Part shown: piece after piece, positions 25,240 to 61,644 of the stretch
How the letters are laid out: each line of letters opens with the position of its first letter
Numbering within the stretch: position 1 is the first letter of the stretch
Origin: Okamejei kenojei
Taxonomy: Eukaryota
Assembly (NCBI GenBank): GCA_035221665.1
Contig: CM069161.1
Span: 24,614,001-24,678,000, forward strand
Length of the DNA stretch: 64,000 bases
Direction of reading: 5' to 3'
Notes under the pieces: generated by a model
The model's database searches: none
The model's input: only the letters and a program-made list of their open reading frames with translations
Told to the model about the DNA's origin: nothing
Made by a program: the position numbers and the translations under genes

Positions 25240-26090
25240 TCTTATGGATGTGGCATCTATAAGCTTTTTGGCAAGAAAACAGGCATACCTGTAAAGTTTA
25301 ATACAAGGGATATTGGTAACCGGGACTTTAGCTAAGCAAAAGACAACTGAGGATTGTTGTGCAAGATTGTTTTTAGATCTGGAGCAAGTGAGTAGCCGTG
25401 TTCCCCATGGATCACTTTGGGCCAATTGTTTTTTAATCTGTATTAATGACCTTGGCCCTTAATGCAAGTCACAATTTCTAAATCTCTAGATACAAAACTG
25501 GGCAGTGTTATGAACTAGGAAATGGCTAGTGAGGCAGGTGCTTGATAAGCGGCTGTGGGGTGGATACGTTTCTGATAAATCTAATTTAATGCAAAAAGTG
25601 TGAAGTGATGCATTTGTCAAGGACAAGGAAAAGCAGTAGCATAGAGCATTTCTCATGTTCCTCAAAAGTGTGCAGAGGTTGTGGGAAAAGTGAGTTATCT
25701 ACACAAATCACTGAAAGCGACTGGGCAGGTTGAGAAATCAATAAGAACAATATAATTCTGTTTTTTTATGAACTGAGGCATGAAAACAGGATGTTGCTGG
25801 GCCTTTTATGAAACACTGGAGTGTTCAGTTCAGGCATGATCTGGCATTTGAGGGTGCAGAAAAGATTTGTGCAACGTTTTCCTGGGAATGGAAGTACAGT
25901 TATACAAGTGGATTAGAGAGACTGGGTCGTGGAGAAGAGAAGACTTGGGTGGTTGATAAAGATATGATAGGAATAAATATAAAATAATTAACAGTGTGAA
26001 TAATGGGAGATCACTCCTTTTGCTGCAGTGATTGAGGACCAGAGATAACAAGTATAAACCAAAGAGGGGGATAAAATTTTGAGTGGCATG
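25240..26090 (+). mobile_element. Highly decayed CR1 RT region
   Basis: GVPQGSxLGP-like and aagtgtgaagtgatgcattt remnants; no open frame. Confidence 0.55.
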
Positions 26091-27709
26091 TTAAAAATCT
26101 TCAGTAATGTTTACCACCATTACAACCCACATTAGATGGACAGGAAATGCTGGAGAACCTCAGCAGGTCCAGCAACATCTGCAGGAATACAGAATTTGTT
26201 TCCAGTATAAATCTTCTGCTTCTATAAAAAGGCTTACACTTTGAGCACTAATACTTGTGTTTTCTGGATGAATGTTATCCAAATGACGTGTGTCTCCACC
26301 ATTTTCAAGTTACATTTATTGTCACATTGGTGCAGTGAGATTTGAGTTACGAATAAAAAGAACACAACACATGATAGAATTTAACATGAACATTCCCACA
26401 CAATGGAATCAACGTTTCCCACTGAGGTAAGGCAATAAAGTTCAGTCATCTTCCTCCTTGTTCACCTGTGGTCAGGGCCTTTTGAGCCCACCACAGTCGA
26501 AGCTATGGCGGCCTGTTCAGGCCCTCTCGCCGGGATGATCGGAACTCCTACGTCCGTATCAGATCTCCAGCACCTTGTAGTACACTGTTAGCATCACACC
26601 CAGTGATCACTATTGCAACATCTTCTCAGTGTTAAACAAGTGAAATCCAATAATGATGTTTGCACTGATCTACCACAGTGACCCTGCCCCAGGTCTATGA
26701 TGCACTCTCCTAGCTGTTAGCCTTTTACTGCTTGCGCTTCATAATCACCCCCTCCCACCAGTCCAAAAAAAAGAGGCTTAATTTGTCAACCAGTGTGTAT
26801 GGGTGATCGATGGTGGCGTGAATCTGGTGGGCCAAATGATCTGTTTCCATGCTGTATCTCTAAATGGAACTAAAGATAATCGCACCAAAGATAGACATAA
26901 GATGCTGAAGATAGCTTCATTCAACTGGAGAACTGTGGATTTTGAGGTTTTGAGATCTGCAGCATCTACCAAGGAGAAAGCAGGTGTTTTTTTTACGAGA
27001 ATGAGTGATTGGGTTGTTTGGCACAGACTGCTGTTCTGCAGTTTGCACCTGACCTCCATGTTATGTTGGTGCATGTATCCTGCCAATGATCTGGAGATAA
27101 GTCATTAACATTATCTTTCTGCACAAATGCTGCCTGAGCTGCTGAGCATTGACAATATTTCCTGTTATTTTAGATTCCCAGCATCTGTTTTATTTTTTGT
27201 TTACAGTAGGCACCGAGGTTACAGTCAGATAATTTATGGTCTTTATCATGTGGGGGGGAGCAGACTTGAGGGGCTCCTGCTCTGAATTCACATGTTCTTA
27301 CTTAAAAACATTTTCATAAAAAGTGAATTATCAATTGGTGCTGATTTGCCTTTGTAAAAATTATGTAAGATTTATGACCTCCATCTATGTTTTTCTAATG
27401 ATAAGAATATATAAAAGGAACATTAGCAGGTGCGAGCAATTCAGTTTCTCAAGCTTCACTGGTTATTCACATAGATTTTGGTTTATCAGATCTTCAATTC
27501 TCTGCTCACTTTGGTTCTCCAGTTATTATTTTCTTTCCTAAACAAAACCTCATTTTTTTGTTGATCTAATCTCAGCATTTGTTTTATTAGAGTTCTCGAA
27601 CCTGATGCATCCTTTTAAAATTGTTTTTTTTAAGAGTTTTAAACTGATTATCACCTAAGTTTGCTCTTAGTTTAAGTTGTTTCCTTTGCTGTTTTGCATT
27701 TAAAAGGCA

Positions 27710-28060
27710 ATTGTGTAGGAAGGAACTGCAGAGGCTGGTTTACACCAAGATAGATGCAAAATGCCAGAATAACTCAGCAGGACAGGTAGCACATCTGTCC
27801 AAGAGATGTCCAAATGGCCCAATTGTAAACACGTATTGTCGTTCTGCTGCCTGGGTAGCACGCAACAAGAGCTTTTCACTGTACCTCTGTACGCGTGCAA
27901 ATAAACTGAATTAAACTAAACTGAACTGAATAAGACATTTGGACAGGTACATGGATGAGAAAGGTGTAGAGGGATATGGACAAAATATGACTAGATTAGA
28001 TTAGATATGGCATCTTGTTCAGCATGGACTAGAGGGCCTGTTTCTGTGCTGAAGGACTAT
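27710..28060. mobile_element. Nested PLE pLTR (-), Rex1-type 3' tail (+) and CR1 3' fragment (+)
   Basis: Shared motifs with other copies in the window. Confidence 0.65.
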
Positions 28061-28079
28061 GACCACGTTTGTCATTCTT

Positions 28080-28880
28080 TGCTGCCCGCATTGCTGGTCC
28101 CGCTTTAAGACGCGCGTTCCCGCGGGCTGGTGTCGCTTTAAGACGCGCGTTCCCGCGGGCCGGTGTCGCTTTAAGACGCGCGTTCCCGCGGGCCGGTCCC
28201 GCTTTAAGACGCGCGTTCCCGCGGGCCGGTCCCGCTTTAAGACGCGCGTTCCCGCGGGCCGGTGTCGCTTTAAGACGCGCGTTCCCGCGGGCCGGTCCCG
28301 CTTTAAGACGCGCGTTCCCGCGGGCCGGTGTCGCTTTAAAACGGCGGGCGGGCGGGCGGCGGAGCCCGAGTTCGGGGTGAGTGGGGGGTCCGGGTCCGGG
28401 CCCGGGCGGGAGCGGGGTAATGTCGGGGCGGGTGGGGCGGGAGAGGGAGGACGGGGAGGACGGACGGGCGGGAGCGGCCGGGCCCGACGCCAGCGCCAGC
28501 GCCACCGGAGCGGCCGTGACTTGCACCTGGAGCCCAGGCCCGGGCCTACCCGAGGCCCAGCCCAGGCTGCGGCGCCGAGGGGCGGGCGTGACTGGAGCCA
28601 GCGGCCGGTGAGGGCCTCGGTCCCCGGGCCCCGGGCTGGGAGAGGCAGCAACACGGGCCCAGCGGCCCGGACTCTCCCCCTCGCCACATTGTTCCCCTTC
28701 TCCAGCCGCTCCATTCTGTCTCCAGTCGGTCAAAGGCGGCCGATCTCTGCTCATCGGGTTTAGTTTATCGTCATGTGGGACCGAGGCACCGTTTAACGGT
28801 GAGCTGCTGCTCCCCAGCGCCCAGCGCCCTGGCACCTGCTGCCTCCCTCCCTGCCTCCCTCTGCTGCCGGCACATGCCCC
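28080..28880 (+). promoter_or_regulatory. PSMC5: CpG island, probable PSMC5 promoter with candidate non-coding first exon(s)
   Basis: The most CpG-dense stretch in the window; GC boxes; donor-like sites GGG|gtgagt (28377) and CCG|gtgagg (28608); lies upstream of the first PSMC5 exon. Confidence 0.7.
28095..28342. repeat. 33-bp GC-rich minisatellite, about 7.3 copies (CGCTTTAAGACGCGCGTTCCCGCGGGCCGGT-GT/CC)
   Basis: Units start at 28101, 28134, 28167, 28200, 28233, 28266, 28299 and 28332 (partial); two unit-end variants. Confidence 0.97.
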
Positions 28881-29117
28881 TGTGGCATTACCCCCCCAGT
28901 GTGGCCCAGCTACCGTTATGGTACCAAGTACTAACAGAGAACTAGATGAAGCTCATGGCTAAAGGAATCAGGGGATATGGGGGAAAAGCAGGAACATGGC
29001 ACTGATTTTAGATGGTCAGCCATGATCATATTTTTGAATGGCGGTGTTGGCTCAAAGGGCCGAATGGCCTACTCTTGCACCTGTTTTTTTATGTTTCTAT
29101 ATTCCAATGTTATCAAT

Positions 29118-29583
29118 ATGTAAGAAGGAGCTGCAGGTGATGGTTTACATCGAAGATAGACACACATGGGTTTAAGGTGAAGGGGCCAAGATTTAATAGG
29201 AATCTGAGGGTTAACGTTTTCACACAAAGGGTGGTGGGTGCATGGGACAAACTGCTAGAGGAGGTCGCATTGTTTAAGAAACATTTAGACAGGTACGTGG
29301 ATAGGACAGGTTTGGAGGGATATGGACCAAACGCAGGCAGGTGGGACTAGTGTAGCTGGGACATGCAGGCTGGTGTGGGCAAATTGGGCCGAAAGGCCTG
29401 TTTCCACACTATCACTCTCTGACTAAAATGCTGCAGTAACTCAGCGGGACAGGCAACATCTCTGGAGACAAGGAATGGGTGACGTTTCGGGTCGAGGCTC
29501 TTCCACAGATGGGTCTCGACCCGAAATGTCACCCAATCTTCTCTGGAGATGCTGCCTAACTCAAACATTCTGTGTCTATCTTT
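29118..29583. mobile_element. Fold-back PLE-derived element interrupted by a CR1 fragment (about 29165-29420)
   Basis: Inverted arms around ~29505; TSD-like ttatcaatatgt / ttataaatatgt. Confidence 0.75.
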
Positions 29584-30000
29584 ATAAATATGTTCTGTTT
29601 CCAAGATGGAAAGAGTGCTTAACATTGTGTCTGTCACTGGCCAAAAGTGTGCCAAGGGAATTGGAATTAGAGGACAACTGGGTTGGACCCTCGACACACA
29701 TTGACTTCAATTGACTTTCATTGTGAGAGGATTTGAGTTTGGGAGCATTCATTGCGAGAAGGTTTAGTAAATATTCATAAACAGCTTGTATGTGTACATT
29801 GTCACATGTTTTTTTTCCAATATTCTTTCCTGAAATTACTTTTGTGAGTTTGCCTGTCTCCAACTTTTAAAGAGAGCATTTAATGTTTTCTTGTTTAACC
29901 AAGCCTAATTTGTCTGAATACCGCTTGATAATCTACCTGGCCTCACCTCATTTGCCTCTTCCAAACTGATCATTGTCGAGACTGATTTTGCAATAAGGTA

Positions 30001-30285
30001 GGGCGGCACGGTTCCGCAGCGGTTGAGTTGCTGCCTTACAGCACCAGAGACCTGGGTTCGATCCTGACTACTGGTGTTGTCCGTAAGGAATTTCTCTGGG
30101 TGCTCCGGTTTCCTCCCACACTCCAAAGGAGTGCAGGTTTCTTAAGTTAATTGGCTTTGGTAAAAAATTGTAAATTGTCCATAGTATGTAGGATGGTGTT
30201 AATGTACCAGGATCGCTGGTCGGCATGGACTCAGTGGGCCGAAGGACCTGTTTCTGTGCTGTATCTCTAAACAAAACTAAACTAA
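30001..30285 (+). mobile_element. tRNA-derived V-SINE (HE1-like)
   Basis: tRNA head with B-box ggttcgatcc, V-domain tgctccggtttcctcccaca, CR1-like tail and (aaact)n. Confidence 0.88.
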
Positions 30286-30449
30286 TTGCCTATCTCTGCG
30301 TTGCACTAATTAAATCTGCAGCCTCTTGGTCTGCAGAGCTTAGTTCGATTGAGGGTTATCCCAAGTGATAGGGTGGGCCGTTTTTGATTATTTTACTCAA
30401 AGATATCATTAAGCTTTGGCTAGAATAGTCCCAAACTACTTAAATCAAT

Positions 30450-30548
30450 AAGATAGACACAAAAAGCTGGAGTAAGTCAGCGGGACAGGCAACATCTCTG
30501 GAGAGAAGGAATGGGTGACGTTTCAGGTCGAGACCCGTCTTCAGACTC
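30450..30548 (-). mobile_element. PLE pLTR fragment with near-intact hammerhead-like core (30517-30544)
   Basis: Reverse complement reads CTGAAGA-c-GGGTC-tc-GACCT-GAAAC-GTC. Confidence 0.75.
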
Positions 30549-30651
30549 TTCTGAATTGCCACTGGCTTTCCTCTTAATTCTGCAGTTATTGACTGAGATA
30601 AATGTGTTGCACCAGATCTAATATAAAGCAATATATATATATATTTATAGG

Positions 30652-31070
30652 GGGTACACAAAAGGCTGGAGAAACTCAGCGGGTGCAGCAGCATCTAAGG
30701 AGCGAAGGAGATAGGCAACGTTACGTGCCAAAACCCTTCTTCAGACTGATGGGAGGTGGGTGGGGGGGGGGGGGGGGGGGAGAAGAAATGAAAAAGGAGG
30801 AGGAGGAGCCCGAGGGCTGAGGGAGAGGTGGGAAGGGGAGGAGACAGCAAGGTTTAACAGAATTGAGAAAATTCAATGTTCAAGCCCAGAGGATGCAGAC
30901 TCCCCAAGCGGAATATGAGGTGCTGTTCCTCCAATTTGCGGTGTTGCTCACTCTGGCCGTGGAGGAGGCCCAGGACAGAGAGGTCGGATACGGAATGGGA
31001 GGGGGAGTTGAAGTGCTGAGCCACCGGGAGGTCGGGTTGGTTATTGCGGACCGAGCGGAGGTTTTCGGCT
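30652..31070 (-). mobile_element. Penelope-like element 3' end: GIY-YIG C-terminus plus pLTR
   Basis: LAENLRSVRNNQPDLPVAQHFNSPSHS...RKLEEQHLIFRLGSLHPLGLNIEF, then the pLTR with a mutated core (GAAA to GTAA). Confidence 0.88.
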
Positions 31071-31189
31071 AAATATATAAATATATATTTATAAGTGGTT
31101 AAAGGTGTGAATTGATAATTATGCCATTGCATTGTGGTCATTGTTAGAGCTACTGGGCTGTAGTTGTGGAGACAGGCCACCAAACTTTT

Positions 31190-31465
31190 TTTGTTTAGTT
31201 TGGAGATACAGTGCAGAAATGGGCCCACGCAATTTCTGACTAACACTTTCCTACACACACTAGGGACAATTTACAATTTTAACAAGCTAATTAGCCTACA
31301 AAGCTGTATGTCTTTGGAGTGGAGGAAACCAGAGAATCCGGGGAAAGCCCACACAATCACTGGGAGAATGTACAAACTGTACAGGCAGCACCCGTAGTTG
31401 TTATTGAATCCGGATCCCTGGCGCCGTACGGCAGCAACTCTACTGCTGTACCACCATGCCACCCA
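31190..31465 (-). mobile_element. V-SINE inserted into a minus-strand Rex1-type RT fragment (about 31120-31560)
   Basis: SINE motifs; flanks translate as VPICFKESSII and NYSPVALT. Confidence 0.75.
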
Positions 31466-31619
31466 CGTTTCTAGAATGATGGAGGATTCCTTGAAGCAGA
31501 TGGGCACAGTAGGCTGTTGAACTGAGATGATGAAGACAGCAGTGAAGACTGTACCCACGTGATTTCAGAACCCTTCAGTTGAATGTTGCCCATGTTCTTT
31601 GAATTCTTTGTTCGTCTCC

Positions 31620-33945
31620 CACTTCCCAGTATACTTCTAGCCAATGTTCAGTTGTTCGAAGAAACATGAAGAGCTCAGGACAAAGCTGCTGTTTCAAAGA
31701 GATATCGGGATTACTGTCCTCTATGTTTCACTGAAACATGGCTCATCCCTGACTCGCGTGACTCTGCTACACAAGCCAGGGGGTTCTCCATGCATTGTAT
31801 GGGCTCTATCTAATCCTCAACGGCTGGGAAAGGCCTGGTGCCTTCTTTATGATCAATGCTTCCTGGTGCACTGATGTGACGGTCTTTGCTCAATTCGGCT
31901 CCAATGGCCAGAAATAGCTGATCATAAAATGCCATCCCGTATACCCACAGAGGCAATTTACCTCGTCTATCTTGTTTTCAGTCTACATAGCCCCCCCTGT
32001 CGACATCAAGATGGACACAAAATGCTGGAGTAACTCAACGGGTCAGGCAGCATCTCTGGAGATGAGGAATTGGTGACATTTCGGATCAAGACCCTTCTTC
32101 TGACAGTCAGGGGAAAGAGAAACTAGAGGTATGAAAAGGTACAGAACCTTCAAGATAGCACTGAATGAATTATATTTGGTTGTCAATTCTCTTGAGACAG
32201 TAAGCCCTAATGGCCTATTCATCATCGCTGGCGAATTCAATCAAGCAAATTTCAGGGATGTACTCCCAAAATATCAACAGCATGTCTTCTGCCCTTTGCA
32301 GTGAGCTGACTCTCTAGATCACTGACACAGCACTTCAACTATGCTTATTGTTCCATTCCCAGCTCTCATTTTGGCCAGTCTGATCATCGGATAGTGTTGC
32401 CCCTATTGGCTCATGCACTGGCTGAATCACGAAGAACCAAAGGAAGAGTAATAAAGCAGTGATCTGTGGAGGCTGTTTACTTCAGGAATGCCTTGAGTCA
32501 GCAGACGAGAACATGTTCAAGCCCACTTTATCCAGCATGAATGAGTATACCTATGTTATCACCTGTTCCATCAGGAAATACATTAATAACTGCATTCCGA
32601 CAAAGATGATTAGGGTTTATCCTAACCACAAACCCTGGATCAATTGGGAGATTCACTCTCTGTTAAAGTCCAGATTTGACGATTTCAAGAAAGATGACTG
32701 TACTGTACAGGAAGGCCAAGTATGATCTGTGTAAGACTATCAGAGGTTCTAAGAGAGAATGAAGACTTAATCCAATCAAGTGGAAGCCATGTGACCATTG
32801 GAAGGGCTTGAATATCATCATGGACCTACATACCAAAACCAAACCGAAATTGATGACGTTTCGGGTTGAGTCCTTTCAGACTCTGAAGAAGGGTCTTGAC
32901 CGAAATGTCACATTTCCTTCTCTCCAGAGATGCTGCCTGTTTCGCTGAGTTACTTCAACAGTCTGTGTCTATCTTTAACCTACAACTTGTACGTCTTTGG
33001 AGTGTGGGAGGAAACCGAAGATCTCGGAGAAAACCCACGCGGTCACGGGGAGAACGTACAAACTCCGTACAGACAGCACCTGTAGTCGGGATTGAACTTG
33101 GGTCTCGGGCGCTGCAAGTGCTGTAAGGCAGCAACTCAAACGAAGTTTGGAGGGCGGGGGAACACAATCTAATTCTCCTCAACAAAGTTGCTGTAGAGGC
33201 ACTTGGCAGCTTCAAGTTGCCATGTATTCATATGACAGGTAACCTAACCTGGTCCTGTGGTGATCAAGAAAGTGCATCGCCTTATTTACTTCAGGTTCTG
33301 AGATGGTTCGACATGTCCATGAGGTGTGTCGCAGACTTCTACTTGTGTGTCAGAGAAAGTATTCTGATGGGATGTATCTCAGCTGGGTGTGACAACTGCC
33401 CTGCTCATGATCACCTAAACCTGCAGAGAGTTGTGAATGTCGGCTTGTCCATCAAGGAGTGTCATTTCCTACCATCCATGCCAGCTTCATAGTGCATAGC
33501 ACCTGGAAGGCTGTAAGCATCATCAATGATGCCTGCCACTCTGACCATTCCCTTTTCTCTCTTCTACCTTCTGAGACAAGATACAGGAGTTTGAAAGTTC
33601 GAACATACAGAATTAGGAACAACATCTTTTCCCATTGTAGCCTGACTCCCGAACCAACCACCCCTTCGCCCCCACTTCCCAGAAGTGCTGCCATGTACTT
33701 TTGTTCATAATTCACTTCTAACTAATTCACTTACTTTGTTATTGAACTTCAATTTTATTTTATAATGCACTACTACAGATTGCTCCACAATCTCTGCACT
33801 CTTTGGTGTTTTGCATTTGTAATTATACTTCTTGTGATGTCTATCATTACTGTGTATGCTGTTACTGTACAAGCCTCCTACAGACAAGGAATTTCAATGT
33901 ACCATAATCTGTATGACAATAAACTAACCTGATCTGATGTGATCT
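31620..33945 (+). mobile_element. Decayed Rex1/Babar-type LINE interrupted by PLE (32008-32150, 32851-32975) and SINE (32978-33140) insertions
   Basis: ELR..L.FQRDI...CFTETWL, IIAGEFNQANF, YPNHKPWI, HSLFSLLPSETRYRSL; tgacaataaac tail. Confidence 0.75.
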
Positions 33946-34089
33946 GAAGTCTGTGTACTTTATTTAGTTCATTTAGATGCCTTTATTTAGGCATGGAGGA
34001 GGAAAAATCCCCGTTCTCTCATGACTTACAAAAACATTTTATTACGTATTCCTCCTGAATTCTGCAGTTTGGGGATAAACAACCTTACC

Positions 34090-34280
34090 AAATGGAGTAA
34101 CTCAGCAGGTCAGGCAGCATCGCTGGGGAACATGGATAGGTGGCGTTTCGGGTTAGACTGCAGAAGGGTCCAGACCCAAAACATCGCTCATCAATGTTCT
34201 CCAGAGATGCTTGACTGAGCTGCTGACTTTGTGTCCTTTTGAGTATTAACCAGAATCTGCAGTTCTTTGTTTCTACATTG
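34090..34280. mobile_element. Fold-back PLE-derived element
   Basis: Inverted pLTR arms flanking a degenerate core. Confidence 0.7.
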
Positions 34281-34585
34281 TGGGAACCTATCCTGTGTTG
34301 AAACTGATAACCATTTTGGATGGTGCGTAATTAATCTTGGAGGTTTTATGTATATAGTTGCAGCCACAGATATTTGGATTAGTACTGCTCCCTTTTAACA
34401 CTGAAAATGTCTTTGATAGCTCCACAGAGGTATTCAGTGTAGTCTGAACTGGAACTGTCATTTCACACAATTATGTCCTGTGCATTCAATTATAAAACTG
34501 TCATATTGGTGTTCTGGTTCTCTTCTTGAAAAATGTGATTGTAATTGTAATGCAAGTAATATTTTATTTCTTTTGAAATTTCCAG

Positions 34586-34664
34586 ATATTATTTTGCTGG
34601 CTTGACAACTATAATTGTACAGAAAATTATTTCCTGTGGATATTAGCCATCAATCTCCTGCACC

Positions 34665-34670
<6 letters not shown>
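34586..34670 (+). CDS. PSMC5: PSMC5 candidate start-codon exon (5'UTR plus ATG AGG at 34665-34670)
   Basis: tttccag acceptor; Kozak-like gcaccATG; AGG|gtaagt donor in phase 0 with the next exon; in-frame TAG upstream. Confidence 0.6.
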
Positions 34671-57608
<22,938 letters not shown>

Positions 57609-57681
57609 TTGCATGCAGCGAAGTTGGTTGACAAGTGACTTTACCGTTTGAAAATGTCAAGTCATTTGAAGCTTTGTCTTT

Positions 57682-57687
57682 AATAAA
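57682..57687 (+). terminator. PSMC5: PSMC5 polyadenylation signal AATAAA
   Basis: First AATAAA, about 75 nt after the stop codon. Confidence 0.7.
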
Positions 57688-58024
57688 TGCCATTTAAAAA
57701 AAAACACGTTCGTTAATGGTTAATTTAGCTGTTAAAATGGATTTTCTTTCCTGAACTCTACTGGACATTCATCTAGTAAAGATGTTTCACACGTTTAAAA
57801 CAAAATCTCATGATTTACTTTGGTCAACAGAAGTAAGGACTGTGTATTCTCTAAAAAGACAGTGAAATTGGTCACTCCAGGTTGGAACGCGAGACCTTTG
57901 TACCAATCCTGCTCACGTCCAACAAAGTCTAACATTGGGTAGGGGGTGGAAGGAGAATTTCCCTTGTATGCTTTTTAGATTGATTGGCCCAAGAATCAAT
58001 CTGGGGTAGTTACTGGATATACAA

Positions 58025-58335
58025 GAGATAGACACAATGCTGGAGTAACTCAGGAAGCCAGGCATCTCTGGAGAAAGGAATAGGTGATGTTTCAAGTTGA
58101 AACCCTTCTTCAGACAGAGTCAGGGAAGGGAAACCAGAGGTGTGAAAGGGTACAGAACAGAGCCAGCCCCAATGACCAAAGAGCCCACAATGGTCCATTG
58201 TTGGCTGTGAAGGTGGTGGTAACAAGCAGATACAAACAATAAAACTAGCAGGGTGGGGGGGGGGGGGGGAAGGATGGAGAGAGGGAATGCAAGGGTTACT
58301 GGAAATTAGAAATCATACCGCTGGGTTGTAAACTG
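58025..58335 (-). mobile_element. PLE 3' end and pLTR
   Basis: Shared pLTR sequence and GIY-YIG terminal remnant. Confidence 0.75.
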
Positions 58336-58362
58336 GATAAACATGGGAAGAGTCGATGGTGG

Positions 58363-58970
58363 AAATATCAACGAGTCGATGGTGGAAAGGGTCAAGAGCT
58401 TCAAATTCCTGGGCGTGCACATTTCTGATAATCTCTCCTGGTCGGAGAACACATGCTATTATAAAGAAAGCACATCAGCGCCTCTACTGCCTGAGATTAC
58501 GGAGAGTCGGTATGTCAAGGAGGACTTACTAACTTCTACAGACTACAAAAAGTAGTAAACACTGCCCAGTCCATCATCAGCTCTGACCTCCCTACCATCG
58601 AGGGGATCTATCGCAGTTGCTGCCTCAAAAAGGCTGGCAGAATCATCAAGGGGCCACACACTCATCTCCCCGCTACCTTCAGGTAGAAGGTACAGGAGCC
58701 TGAAGACTGCAATGTTCAGGTTCAGAAACCGCTTCTTCCCCACAGCCATCAGACTATTGAACTCAACTCAAGCAAAACTCTGAACATTAATAGCTCATTA
58801 TCAGTTTATTTGCACTTTATCTGTTTTATTTATTAATGTGTGGATATATTTATACAATGGTATATGGACACACTGATCTGTTCTGTATTCATGCATTCTA
58901 TATTCTGTTGTTCTGAAGTAAAGCAAGAATTTCATTGTCCTATCTGGTACACATGACAATAAACTCTTGA
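58363..58970 (+). mobile_element. Rex1/Babar-type LINE 3' fragment, same family as 50456-51490
   Basis: INESMVERVKSFKFLGVHIS; high similarity with internal deletions. Confidence 0.9.
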
Positions 58971-60299
58971 AGAGAACATTTGGCCCACCAAGATCACATA
59001 GATGATCAAGCACCCTTCTTTATTCTTATCCGATTCTTTCCCATCACCCCACCCTATACCATTTATCTATTAGAGGTTATTTCCAGTGGCCAATTAAATT
59101 ACTAGGTTAATAAAGATGTAACCTCATTGGGATGAGAGGTCACCAAGAACATACAGGCAACACCCGAGGTCAGCACTGAAGCTGGGTCACTGCCGTTGTG
59201 AGGGGCGGCTCTACCAGCTGCCCAGTTTCAGAAATATATGTATTTCACCCAATTCTGCTCCTCCATAACCCGAATGGGAAAAAAAAAACAAGACATGACA
59301 TAAACTGAAGCTGATCTTTACTGTCTTTATTTTCCACGCAAAACCTCTACAGCAAAATGTGTATATGTGTAATCTGTTTTGGCTCCGGTACAAATGTGGT
59401 CCCAAATGCAACAAACATCAAATGACATTGTAAATGACATGAATCATTTCTGTGCCTAGTGAGCCGTGTCTGCTTCAAAAAGAAAATGCTCAACACATTT
59501 GTTATTGAAGCAGAGTTCCTACAAGCCAGTAAAACATTGCAATTTTTTTTTTTATACCTACTGTCCACTAAAGGATTCAAAGCTCCGAGCATTGAATGAT
59601 GGAGTACAGTCCATCAACTAGTGCTTGCCTAAACCTGGTGCGTTGTAATGGGGCTACCTCAGTCACATACGCTCTAAAGAACGATGAGCTCTTTGGGAAT
59701 GGACGGCAGCTAAACCTCCATTAGTTACAAAGCTATGCGATTTTTAAACTGCATCAATATTTCACTTTGAGTCCAGTACCTCATTAATACGGGCATTCTC
59801 AGTTTAAATATTGTGTACCTTGGTCTTACACACCACTGTATTGAATATAAAAGCCATAAAAAACATTTTAAAAATCTGTAAATATAAACGTGTAAAGCAT
59901 CACTTAACGATTGTTGCACTAATGGCTGCATGTCACATAACAGGAAGAATGTCTCTCGTTACAGTCACATTTTTTACGCTCGGAAATTATCCTAGCTTTG
60001 CATGTTCTGGGAATATAACAGATCTGTGTCAATTTTCTTGTGCTGGAATTCAATTAATCGCACTTGAATTCTGAGCCTGTTTGTAATGGAGACTTTCAGT
60101 GTCTCCTGTTATAACCTGTTGATCCACCTCACCCTGATGAGCCCTTTCTAAATGATCTTTGTATTCAGTCACACAAACTGAAACAACGATCCTGTTTAAG
60201 TAGTGGATTCTAATGACCGGATCATGCTGCCAGGTCTGGTGTAATAAAATGAAGTAGATGGATTATTTCAATTTTAATTTGGTTAAATATTGAATCCGT

Positions 60300-60580
60300 C
60301 ATCCAGCATAGAAACAGGCCCTTTGGCCCACCAAGTCCACATTGATCAACAAGCACCAGTTACATTGATCATGCATTTGATTATCGCCACATTTCCATCC
60401 ACCTTCCCCAGATTTATGCCACTTGCCAGCGCACTGGGGGCTAATGAACCTCCCAAGCTACATCTTTGGGACGTGGAAGCAAAGCACCCACCCATTACAG
60501 GGAGAACACACAAAATCCAGTTAGATAGCACTGGAGGTCAAAATTGAATCTGAGTTACTGCAGCTATGACACCAGTACAC
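60300..60580 (-). mobile_element. Decayed V-SINE
   Basis: gcatagaaacaggccc...catctttgggacgtgg...gggagaac. Confidence 0.6.
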
Positions 60581-61644
60581 CTATATTAAGAGTACGATGG
60601 AAGCTTCAATTAATATCCCCGATGGGAGTTAAAAAAACGTTGGTAATATCGTCTGAATAGCATTCCATGAACCAGCAGGACTTTGGGTGTAGGGGAAGAA
60701 ACAGCGGCATCCACGTCCTGTGCTACATTTATGCAAGTTATTTGGGGAGAATGAGGCGAATTGTATGAACCTTCACTTAAGTAATGGTAGAGGGAAGATT
60801 ATTATGAAAAACATAATAACTTTGCTGATTTGGATGAAATACATGTTTATAAAATGCCTGCAATGATCCATAATAGATCATAGACCTTGCAAATAAAATA
60901 CACTTTTGTATTTTAGAGTTTCAACATAAATCACAAAAAGGTTGAAACAAAGTAATCTAAAATGCGTTATCTGGCAATAGCCTGCAGAGCTGAGAGTTTC
61001 AGAATAAATTGAAGAGTAATTAGTAATTTGCAGAGCTATGGGGAAATGGGACTGAACGGAGTGCCTGACAAAGAGTTGGCTTGGATTTAGTGGGCTAACA
61101 ACCAGATGTGCCTTGAAGGTTTATGATCAAGGAAACTAGCCGATGGGTTTATCAAGGCTGACGTGGGTTACAGGCTATGTACAAAGTGCGGATTGTGCAC
61201 GATGTTTAATTATGCCTGATACACTTAATTAAGAGACATACCCTCCTGTTGCAACCGCCTAAATTAACACAATCTCACACAAGCAAATTTCCCTGCATTT
61301 CAATACCCCAGCTAAACTATTCCACACTCGCACGCCCACACAGCAATCATTACTGTAAACTTTTAAAGCTAAAGCTTTGCAAAAATCTGGAATTCAGATG
61401 AAACATTTAAATTTGCATCTTGCAATTTTTTTTTAACCTGAAATATTCAGCTCTTGTTACCCTTAACCTTTATCGTCCTGAACACAAACTTTGTATATAT
61501 ATTTTTTTAACAAAACAAATAAGTTGTGCAATACTATTGGAAAGCAACTTTCTAAATTAAACTTCCAAATCAAACAGCTTCAAACACAAAACGAGACTGC
61601 AATCTCATACTTGTGGAAATTTCATCAGTATTCCTATTCAGATT

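Noticed and set aside
28095-28342. CRISPR-like periodicity
   Set aside because: Contiguous tandem units with no unique spacers; eukaryotic context and no cas genes.
28019-28835. Overlapping 230-270 aa ORFs on both strands with 11-aa repeats
   Set aside because: A by-product of the stop-poor 33-bp minisatellite and CpG island; no recognisable domain.
30001-30075. tRNA gene
   Set aside because: It is the tRNA-derived head of a V-SINE, not a complete cloverleaf.
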